A stretch of DNA of 47,781 nt from an uncultured bacterium (GTDB lineage Bacteria > Bacteroidota > Bacteroidia > Chitinophagales > Chitinophagaceae). The notes under the pieces are model-generated. The model had not been told where the DNA came from, did not search any database, and saw only the letters and a program-made list of their open reading frames with translations. The translations under genes were made by a program, and so were the position numbers. Location: assembly GCA_965363375.1 (NCBI GenBank), contig CBDTUH010000001.1, positions 1-47,781 on the forward strand, read 5' to 3'. Positions 38,904-46,834 of the stretch are shown piece after piece. The first letter of the stretch is position 1. Each line of letters opens with the position of its first letter.

Positions 38904-39820
38904 TAAGAAGGTTTCAAAACTGATTTTTTAAAATCCCTGAAAAAATAAATAGACTGCCTTTTTATTTTAAAGGAAAGTTTTTTGTAGGTCATTTTTGTAA
39001 GCATTTCATTGGACTCTAAACAATAGACATCTTTGCCTGTTATCTCAAAAATTCGTTGAGCCGCTACTTTACTACCTTCTAAAAACAATTCCAGCTTTTT
39101 TCTCCTTTTATATATTAGAGCTTTGAACCTTACAGAATCAGCTTCATTCTGTATTGCCATCAACAACTCCGTATATTTTATACCATTGTCATTTAGCCAT
39201 TGTTCCGTTTTCTCTCTGTATTTTTCAGGCCTGGTGGTGGTTACTACCGCAATATTTGATTTAGGAATAAAATTGGGCTGCACTTTGGATATATACTCAT
39301 CAAAGTTCCACTCTTTATTTTCTGTTTGGTTATAAGGCTGGCACAATACCCCTTCCAATTCCACACATGCTTTTCCTAAAATAGAATTGTGGAAAATATT
39401 CCATTCAAATAGCCGTGGCCTGTCCAGTAACATCAATGGAATATCAACCATTTCTTTACGGCCTGGTTCAGCATATATACAACAATAAATAAGTTGGTAA
39501 TGCTTATCCTTAACCAAAGCTTCCAGTTTCTGCCTGGCATCAACTATCGCTTTGCCAGTGGCCACACTATCATCTACAACCAATATTTTTCCTTTATAAG
39601 CATCATCCTGCCGTAGGTTTTTGTGTAAACTGGGAGCTACAATTTTACCTTGTATAAAACTATCAATATCTGTTAAAGGAAGGTTTAGGTATACCGAGAT
39701 AAAGTTTGCGGCCAGCAAACCGCTTCTGGGAATGCCGACTACTAAACTAACATCTTTAGGAATTTTATGAAGGTTTGACTTAATATCAGTGCTTAAATCT
39801 GCAAAAGATTTATAATTCAT
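38903..39820 (-). CDS. Phosphoribosyltransferase-like domain fused to a degenerate HAD-like domain
   Basis: VVGIPRSG and PRPP loop ILVVDDSVATG. The C-terminal half has CVELEGVLC, TTRPEKYREKTEQWL and FKA. Confidence 0.7.
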   Translation of the reverse strand: MNYKSFADLSTDIKSNLHKIPKDVSLVVGIPRSGLLAANFISVYLNLPLTDIDSFIQGKIVAPSLHKNLRQDDAYKGKILVVDDSVATGKAIVDARQKLEALVKDKHYQLIYCCIYAEPGRKEMVDIPLMLLDRPRLFEWNIFHNSILGKACVELEGVLCQPYNQTENKEWNFDEYISKVQPNFIPKSNIAVVTTTRPEKYREKTEQWLNDNGIKYTELLMAIQNEADSVRFKALIYKRRKKLELFLEGSKVAAQRIFEITGKDVYCLESNEMLTKMTYKKLSFKIKRQSIYFFRDFKKSVLKPS

Positions 39821-40049
39821 TTTTACGGATTACAAAAGTGAAAGTTCAGGTAGCAGCTACAGGATGATAGACTAAAAATAAAATTAGAAAACTAAACGTA
39901 AATAAAAAAGTTTGATTGATGCTTGCAAGAATTAATCCAGCTCTTTTTTTAAATACTAAAATGTGTAAATAGTCAAAAAAATATAAAATATTTGAACTGG
40001 CCTACTTTTTGATTACCTAACAAGCATAAATAAAACGGGTTTTTACTAT

Positions 40050-40078
40050 TTTGAAAAGTAATTTAATCCCTATATTTG
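40050..40078 (+). promoter_or_regulatory. Candidate Bacteroidota sigma-70 promoter for the CapD/PglF gene
   Basis: TTTG (40050-40053), 17-nt spacer, TATATTTG (40071-40078) matching TAnnTTTG. Confidence 0.5.
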
Positions 40079-40368
40079 AAGTATAATCCCATCCTCCTTC
40101 CTTTAAAAGACCAGCGAATCAACCTTAAATCAAGCATTTACCCGCTGGTTTAACCTTCCTGAAAAATCCATATTTGGTTCAATTTCAACTTCATAGAGCA
40201 ATGCTCTTGTAAATATAATGTGTTCTATATAATGAGAGCATGCCTGATCCAATCCTTTTATAAAACCTGCATTTCCCCCTAAGCGGGATTCCAATCCATT
40301 ATAAAGCCATAGCATTTCCAAATACCTGTGCCGCCAAATTTAAATTTAGCGTTACCTAATTTTTTGCT

Positions 40369-42390
40369 ATGAAAATGTTTTTACTTTCTTCCGGATCTGT
40401 ACCAAGGTGGGTTATCCAGCTAATCGACTTTATTGTCGCCAGTTGGTCTTTTACCTTATCTTATTTTATTTTAAAACAATTTGAATTCGCTGAAATTTAC
40501 AGGGGGCACTTCTTTCTGTATACAGGTGTCTATTGTGCGTTGGTAGTAGCCGTTTTTTATGGTATGCGCATTCATACCGGCCTTATTCGCTACTCCAATA
40601 CATTGGATATACTGCGAATTTTTTCCGCCGTTTTAATTACCACTGCTTTATATCCCATCATCATAAAATTCGGTATAGAGCCGTTTTTTAATTTTGATTC
40701 TTTGCCTTTATTGAAGGTGCTGGGCATCAATTTTTTTATAACAACTTCATTATTAATCATGCTGCGCACTACGGTTAAGGAAATTTTCCATTTTGCGCGC
40801 CGAACATCCAATCCCAACAAGGAGTGTGTTCTGATTTACGGTTCGGATAACAGGGCCATTCTCATTAAAAGAGCTATTGAGGCAACAAAGATGGACGCCT
40901 TTTCCATATTGGGTTTTATTGAGGCCAATAGTAAAAAAGTAAATGCATCAATCGAGCAGAAAAAAGTTTACCATATCAGCGACCTCGAAAACCTGAAAGA
41001 AAAATTTAATCTGCAAAAGCTGATCATCGAAAACGAGGACCTGGGGCAAAAACAAAAAAAAGCCATTATTGAGCAATGCCTTAAAATGGGAATCAAGGTA
41101 GTAACCGTTCCGCCTTCCGACCAATGGGTGTATGGCAAATTAAGCCTGAAACAAATAAAAGACCTGAATATTGAAGATCTGCTGCAAAGAGAACCTATTG
41201 TAATAGATAACCAGTCTATTTCCGAAGACCTTTCCGGCAAACGGATCTTAATAACCGGTGCTGCGGGCTCCATCGGGTCAGAAATTGTTCGCCAGGTGCT
41301 GAAGTACGAACCTGAAATGGTGATTCTTTGCGACCAGGCTGAATCTTTCCTGCACGAAATTCAGTTGGAAGTAGAAGAAAAGTTTCCGCTTGCCAAAATC
41401 GAGATCTTTATTGGCAATATTCAGAACCTGAAGCGCATGCACCTGTTGTTTAAAGAATACAAGCCCCAATATGTGTTTCATGCCGCTGCCTACAAGCATG
41501 TGCCCATGATGGAAAACAACCCGTCGGAAGCCATTCAAACGAATGTAATGGGTACAAAGAACATTGCGGACCTTTCCGTGCTGTTTGAAGTAGAGAAATT
41601 TGTAATGATTTCTACTGACAAGGCTGTGAACCCCACCAACGTAATGGGTACATCCAAACGCATTGCCGAAATGTACATCCAGTCGCTGAATGATAACGAC
41701 AATACGCTGTTTGATTTTTACAACCTGGATTATATCGACAGAAAGGAAATTAAAACTTATAACATAAAAGCCAAAACAAGATTTATAACTACCCGTTTTG
41801 GTAATGTGCTCGATTCAAACGGTTCTGTCATTCCAAGATTCCGTTCGCAGATACAAAAAGGTGGCCCAATAACGGTTACACACCCGGAAATCACTCGTTA
41901 TTTTATGACCATTCCGGAGGCAGTGCAGCTGGTATTAGAAGCAGGAACGATGGGCGTAGGTGGTGAAATTTATGTGTTTGATATGGGCAAACCGGTGAAA
42001 ATTGCAGCCCTGGCCAAACAAATGATTACCCTGGCTGGCCTGGTGCCGGATGTGGATATTAAAGTTACATACACAGGTCTCAGACCCGGCGAAAAACTGT
42101 ATGAAGAATTGCTGAACGAGGCAGAAAAAACATTACCGACGCATCACGAAAAAATCAAGATCGCCAAGGTAATCAATCATCCTTACGAAAAAGTATCGCA
42201 CGATATTGACGAACTCATTTTTCTGAGCAGCCACGATGACAATGACATCCTAGTGAAGAAAATGAAAGATATTGTACCGGAGTATATCAGCAACAATTCC
42301 AGGTATGAAAAACTCGATCGTACCAAGCTTATCGAAAAAGAAGCATTCGAAAACATAAGGCTGGAAGACGGGCAAAGCATTGCTGTCTGA
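40369..42390 (+). CDS. Membrane-anchored UDP-GlcNAc 4,6-dehydratase (CapD/PglF/WbpM family)
   Basis: Four N-terminal TMs, IEDLLQR, TGAAGSIGSE, HAAAYKHVP, ISTDKAVNP, RFGNVL, TRYFMT, GLRPGEKLYEEL. Confidence 0.93.
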   Translation: MKMFLLSSGSVPRWVIQLIDFIVASWSFTLSYFILKQFEFAEIYRGHFFLYTGVYCALVVAVFYGMRIHTGLIRYSNTLDILRIFSAVLITTALYPIIIKFGIEPFFNFDSLPLLKVLGINFFITTSLLIMLRTTVKEIFHFARRTSNPNKECVLIYGSDNRAILIKRAIEATKMDAFSILGFIEANSKKVNASIEQKKVYHISDLENLKEKFNLQKLIIENEDLGQKQKKAIIEQCLKMGIKVVTVPPSDQWVYGKLSLKQIKDLNIEDLLQREPIVIDNQSISEDLSGKRILITGAAGSIGSEIVRQVLKYEPEMVILCDQAESFLHEIQLEVEEKFPLAKIEIFIGNIQNLKRMHLLFKEYKPQYVFHAAAYKHVPMMENNPSEAIQTNVMGTKNIADLSVLFEVEKFVMISTDKAVNPTNVMGTSKRIAEMYIQSLNDNDNTLFDFYNLDYIDRKEIKTYNIKAKTRFITTRFGNVLDSNGSVIPRFRSQIQKGGPITVTHPEITRYFMTIPEAVQLVLEAGTMGVGGEIYVFDMGKPVKIAALAKQMITLAGLVPDVDIKVTYTGLRPGEKLYEELLNEAEKTLPTHHEKIKIAKVINHPYEKVSHDIDELIFLSSHDDNDILVKKMKDIVPEYISNNSRYEKLDRTKLIEKEAFENIRLEDGQSIAV

Positions 42391-42419
42391 TAGACATTTG
42401 TTAGAATAAATAATACTGG

Positions 42420-42449
42420 AAACCTTGCAAGCTATTGCAAGGTTTTTTT
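42420..42449 (+). terminator. Intrinsic terminator after the CapD/PglF gene
   Basis: aaaccttgcaa-gcta-ttgcaaggttt followed by a T run. Confidence 0.85.
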
Positions 42450-42471
42450 GTTGCAAGCCACTTATAACTAT

Positions 42472-42495
42472 AAAAAAAGCCCCCTTGCGGAGGCT
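42472..42495 (-). terminator. Minus-strand intrinsic terminator with no annotated upstream gene
   Basis: Minus strand reads agcctcc-gcaa-gggggct-tttttt. Confidence 0.65.
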
Positions 42496-42577
42496 AGCAG
42501 TCAATTCATGTAAGCGTTACAAATATCAATAAAAAAATGAGACACTCCTTATCTTTTTAAAAAATTTCCTTTGCGCT

Positions 42578-42800
42578 AAAACGTCTCTTTTCCCTTTTGA
42601 TACATATTGAATTTTACTGCATCATTTAAATAGCTGAAACAAAATACAAAAGGAAAAACGGACGTTTTATAACTATCAATGTAAAGAAAGAGACGTTGCA
42701 AATTATACAAAATTTAAAACGTCTCTTTTTCCTTTTAAATTTCTACCGGTTGATTCTCTGTTTATTTTAAAATTGGTAAAAAACGTCTTATTTTCTTTTT
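42578..42800. repeat. Intergenic array of 21-bp motif copies in mixed orientation
   Basis: Reverse 42578-42598, forward 42648-42668, partial forward near 42691 (agacgtt), reverse 42716-42736, reverse 42780-42800. Confidence 0.88.
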
Positions 42801-42851
42801 GAGATAAGGATAAATGGCTATGTGTTTTTGAAGGCTAAACGTTGTAGCAAT

Positions 42852-42918
42852 AAAAAAAGCCCCGGTGTAAAGACATCAGGGCAAACACACATGAGAAATT
42901 TTGTAGAACACAAAGATA
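42852..42918 (-). ncRNA. Candidate ~55-nt small RNA (promoter -7 box plus terminator)
   Basis: Minus-strand TATCTTTG at 42918-42911, then ...aatttctcatgtgtgttt-gccctgatgt-cttt-acaccggggc-ttttttt. Confidence 0.45.
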
Positions 42919-43126
42919 GAAGTGGTAAAACCGGCAAAACATGATTTAGCACTTTGTTGTTTGCTGACTTTTATCAGGTAAATTGACCGAAAGAACTTTT
43001 CCAGTTTTTTTCCACCCTTTTCCTTTATTAATTTTTATGTGCTAGCTTGTCATTCGAAATTTTGGATGTGGTATAATTTTTAAATAAATCATACACATCT
43101 TTTTTACTTACTAACGATTGCTCTTA

Positions 43127-46100
43127 ATGACTTCCAAAAAAATCACCAAGCTACTAGTAGCTAACAGGGGAGAAATTGCCATACGCATACTCCGCGCCTG
43201 CAGCGAGCTAGAAATCAAGACCGTTGCCATTTTTACGTACGAAGACCGTTATTCCTTACACCGCTACAAAGCCGACGAAGCTTATCAGATAGGTGCCGAA
43301 GACGATCCGCTGAAACCTTACCTCGATGCAGAAGCCATCATTCAAGTAGCCAAAAGATGCGGTGCCGAAGCCATTCATCCCGGCTATGGCTTTTTATCAG
43401 AAAATTTTGAGTTTGCGCGATTGTGCCGGCAGCACGGGATCATTTTTGTGGGCCCGGACCCGGAGGTGATGCAGCAGTTGGGCGATAAAGTATTGGCCAA
43501 GCAAATTGCCAAGCAATGCCAGGTACCCCTCATAGAAAGCAGCCAGCAGCCTCTTAACTCATTTGAAGTAGCCTTGGAAGAAGCCCGGCGTATAGGTTTG
43601 CCTGTCATGCTGAAAGCGGCAGCAGGCGGGGGTGGCCGCGGCATGCGCGTAATCAGGTCCGAAGAGGAACTGGAGAAAAATTTTAACGAAGCCCGCCGCG
43701 AAGCCAAAAACGCTTTTGGCGACGACACAGTTTTCTTTGAAAAGTTTATTGACCAGCCCAAGCATATTGAAGTGCAGATTGTGGCCGACCGGCACGGCAA
43801 CGTGATGCATCTTTTTGAGCGCGATTGCAGCCTGCAGCGCCGCTTTCAAAAAATTGTAGAAGTAGCACCGGCATTTAGCCTGCATCAAACGGTGAAAGAC
43901 CAGGTGTATGAATATGCCACCGCCATATGCCGTGCCGTAAACTATAACAACGTTGGCACCGTTGAATTTCTGGTAGACAAAGACAACAAGGTATACTTTA
44001 TAGAAGTAAATCCGCGCATACAGGTAGAGCACACCGTTACGGAAATGATAACCGGCATTGACCTGGTAAAAACGCAGATACACATTGCAGAAGGCTTTGA
44101 ACTTTATAGCAAGGAAATAGGTTTGCCGCAGCAGGCAGATATTAAAATGAATGGTTATGCCATTCAATGCCGCATCACCACCGAAAATCCTGAGGCTGAT
44201 TTTATGCCCGATTACGGAACCGTACTGGCTTACCGCAGTGCGGAAGGATTTGGCATTAGGCTGGATGAAGGCAGCGTGTACAACGGCGTTAAAATCTCTC
44301 CTTTCTTTGATTCGCTGCTGGTAAAAGTAACAGCACACTCCAGCACAGTTATCGATGCCGTGCGCAAGCTAAAGCGCGCCCTGATGGAATTTCGCATTCG
44401 CGGTGTGGAAACCAACATCCGTTTTTTATTGAATATTATCAGGCACCCAGAATTTATTGCCGGCAATGCCACTGTCAATTTTCTACAACAACATCCTGAA
44501 ATTATTACCTACAACACAGCGCAAGACCGCGGCACTAAAATTCTAACTTATCTGGCGGAAATTAGCATCAATGGCCATCCCGATGTGAAGGTAAAAGATG
44601 GCACAAAGGTTTTTGAAAAGCCACTCATCCCGCCTTATCATCCAAACAAGCCAATACCTGCCGGCACCAAGCAGCTGCTCGATGAAAAAGGCCCGGAAGC
44701 GGTTTGCCAGTGGTTGAAAAACGAAAAAAGCATTCATTATACCGACACTACCTTTCGCGATGCGCACCAGTCGCTGTTGGCCACGCGCATGCGCACGGTA
44801 GATATGCTAAAGGTGGCTTCTGCATTTGCACAATCTTTTCCGCAAACCTTTAGCATGGAGGTGTGGGGCGGCGCTACCTTCGATGTTTGCATGCGCTTTT
44901 TGTACGAAGACCCCTGGAAACGACTGCAGTTAATACGAAAGGCGGTGCCTAATATTTTATTGCAAATGCTACTGCGCGGCGCCAATGCCGTGGGCTACAA
45001 GGCCTATCCTGATAATTTGGTGGAGTCATTTATTGAAAAAAGCTGGGAGGCTGGCGTGGATATTTTCCGCATATTCGACTCGCTGAACTGGATGCCCAAC
45101 ATGGAAAAAAGCATTCAGGCAGTACGCCAAAAAACAGGAGGCATTGCCGAAGTAGCCATTTGCTACACTGGTGATATTCAAAACCCAAAACGCACCAAGT
45201 ACAACCTGCAGTATTATAAACAATTTGCTAAAGACATTGAAAACAGCGGTGCACATATGCTGGCTATAAAAGACATGAGCGGCCTGCTAAAACCCTGGGC
45301 AGCTTATGAACTGGTGAGCGAATTGAAAGCCACTGTCAACATTCCCATACACCTGCACACACACGACACATCCTCGCTGCAAAGCGCCATGTACCTCAAA
45401 GCCATTGAAGCAGGTGTAGATGCTATCGACTGCTGCATGGGCGCGGTATCGGGGCTTACTTCTCAGCCTTCTTTCAATGCCATTGCCGAAATGATGCAGT
45501 TTCACGAAAGGGAACTGCCTTATGACCTGAACCTGTTGCACCAGCATGCCACATATTGGGAAGCCGTACGCGAATATTATTATCCCTTTGAAAGCGGCCT
45601 CAAAGCGAGCAGCGCTGAAGTGTACCGGCATGAAATTCCGGGCGGTCAATACTCCAATTTAAAACCACAAGCTGCATCATTAGGGCTGGGTAACAAGATG
45701 GAAGACATCAAAAAAGCCTATGCTGATGTAAACGAGCTTTTTGGCGACATTGTAAAGGTAACTCCCAGTTCAAAAGTAGTGGGCGATATGGCGCTGTTTA
45801 TGGTTACCAACAATTTAACGAAAGATGATGTACTTCAGAAAGGGGAGAATCTGTCTTTCCCTGAATCGGTAGTTTCTTTCTTTAAGGGCGATATTGGCCA
45901 GCCTGTTGGTGGCTTTGACCCCAAATTGCAAAAAATCATTTTAAAAGACATTCAGCCTTTTACCGACCGGCCCAATGTGCACCTAAAGCCAATTGATTTT
46001 GAAAAGGAACTGGAAACGTTTCAACAGAAATTCGACAAAGATCTCACCTTTAATGACCTGCTTTCTTACCTGCTTTATCCAAAGGTGTTTGAGGAATATT

Positions 46101-46576
46101 ATAACAAGGTGAAATTGTACGGTGACGTCATGTTCATACCCACACCTAATTTTTTTTACGGCCTGAAAGACGATGAAGAAATTTTAATTGAGATTGATAA
46201 GGGTAAAAGCATTTTGGCACGTTTGCTCACCTTTACCGAACCCGATGATAAAGGCCGCAGAAAAGTATTCATGCGCCTGAATGGTCAGACCAGGATCATT
46301 GAAATTCAGGATCAGTCAGTAAAAATTTCCAGCCGCGAAAATGTAAAAGCAGACAAAACCAACAGTGCGCACGTGGCCGCACCATTGCAAGGTAAGCTAT
46401 CGCAGCTGCTGGTAAAGGAAGGAGATACAGTGAAGCACAACCAACCACTTTTTGTAATTGAGGCTATGAAAATGGAAACGACGATTACAGCTAATAAAAG
46501 CGGTGCTATTGAAAAGCTGATGCTGACAAGCGGTACCATGGTAAAGGCCGACGACCTGGTGCTGATACTAAATTAG
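43127..46576 (+). CDS. pyc: Pyruvate carboxylase
   Basis: Biotin carboxylase (ANRGEIA, HPGYGFLSE, GGGGRGMR), carboxyltransferase (DTTFRDAHQSL, WGGATFD, HLHTHD), biotinyl EAMKM. Start is TTG 43118 or ATG 43127. Confidence 0.97.
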   Translation: MTSKKITKLLVANRGEIAIRILRACSELEIKTVAIFTYEDRYSLHRYKADEAYQIGAEDDPLKPYLDAEAIIQVAKRCGAEAIHPGYGFLSENFEFARLCRQHGIIFVGPDPEVMQQLGDKVLAKQIAKQCQVPLIESSQQPLNSFEVALEEARRIGLPVMLKAAAGGGGRGMRVIRSEEELEKNFNEARREAKNAFGDDTVFFEKFIDQPKHIEVQIVADRHGNVMHLFERDCSLQRRFQKIVEVAPAFSLHQTVKDQVYEYATAICRAVNYNNVGTVEFLVDKDNKVYFIEVNPRIQVEHTVTEMITGIDLVKTQIHIAEGFELYSKEIGLPQQADIKMNGYAIQCRITTENPEADFMPDYGTVLAYRSAEGFGIRLDEGSVYNGVKISPFFDSLLVKVTAHSSTVIDAVRKLKRALMEFRIRGVETNIRFLLNIIRHPEFIAGNATVNFLQQHPEIITYNTAQDRGTKILTYLAEISINGHPDVKVKDGTKVFEKPLIPPYHPNKPIPAGTKQLLDEKGPEAVCQWLKNEKSIHYTDTTFRDAHQSLLATRMRTVDMLKVASAFAQSFPQTFSMEVWGGATFDVCMRFLYEDPWKRLQLIRKAVPNILLQMLLRGANAVGYKAYPDNLVESFIEKSWEAGVDIFRIFDSLNWMPNMEKSIQAVRQKTGGIAEVAICYTGDIQNPKRTKYNLQYYKQFAKDIENSGAHMLAIKDMSGLLKPWAAYELVSELKATVNIPIHLHTHDTSSLQSAMYLKAIEAGVDAIDCCMGAVSGLTSQPSFNAIAEMMQFHERELPYDLNLLHQHATYWEAVREYYYPFESGLKASSAEVYRHEIPGGQYSNLKPQAASLGLGNKMEDIKKAYADVNELFGDIVKVTPSSKVVGDMALFMVTNNLTKDDVLQKGENLSFPESVVSFFKGDIGQPVGGFDPKLQKIILKDIQPFTDRPNVHLKPIDFEKELETFQQKFDKDLTFNDLLSYLLYPKVFEEYYNKVKLYGDVMFIPTPNFFYGLKDDEEILIEIDKGKSILARLLTFTEPDDKGRRKVFMRLNGQTRIIEIQDQSVKISSRENVKADKTNSAHVAAPLQGKLSQLLVKEGDTVKHNQPLFVIEAMKMETTITANKSGAIEKLMLTSGTMVKADDLVLILN

Positions 46577-46577
46577 C

Positions 46578-46726
46578 AAAACGTCTCTTTTCTCTTTTGG
46601 TTTAGTGGTATTGGATGTAATTGATGAATGGCAAAACGTCTGTTTTTCCTTTTTCATTCAGCAGTCAGTTTTTTGCAATTTGAATTTTAAATTTTTACAT
46701 TTCTAAAAACGTCTGATTTTCCTTTT
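46578..46726 (-). repeat. Three direct copies of the 21-bp motif after pyc
   Basis: aaaacgtct-ctttt-ctctttt (46578), aaaacgtct-gtttt-tcctttt (46633), aaaacgtct-gattt-tcctttt (46706). Unique spacers of 34 and 52 nt. Confidence 0.9.
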
Positions 46727-46767
46727 GAACGGCATTACATTTCAGTACATTTTATGATTTAATTAAA

Positions 46768-46802
46768 GCTGCAAAGTGTTTATTTGATAAGCACTTTGCA
46801 GC
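46768..46802. terminator. Long hairpin, possible pyc terminator
   Basis: gctgcaaagtgtttat-ttg-ataagcactttgcagc, with a weak T tail. Confidence 0.55.
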
Positions 46803-46811
46803 CTCATTTTA

Positions 46812-46819
46812 TACCTTTG
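46812..46819 (+). promoter_or_regulatory. Candidate -7 promoter box (TAnnTTTG)
   Basis: TACCTTTG 15 nt upstream of the TTG start at 46835. No well-spaced -33 element. Confidence 0.45.
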
Positions 46820-46834
46820 AACCAAAGAAAAGGA

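Noticed and set aside
43384-45649. Long antisense ORFs (up to 259 aa) within pyc, and other short overlapping ORFs in the track
   Set aside because: They are shadows of well-supported genes on the opposite strand or frame and have no recognisable motifs.
42578-46726. CRISPR array interpretation of the motif clusters
   Set aside because: Only 3-4 units per cluster, mixed orientation, variable 5-nt core, irregular spacers, no cas genes, and the same motif is dispersed singly inside genes.
987-46726. Motif as IS/MITE terminal inverted repeats
   Set aside because: No transposase, no conserved internal sequence between paired copies, no evident target-site duplications, and intragenic copies do not disrupt ORFs.
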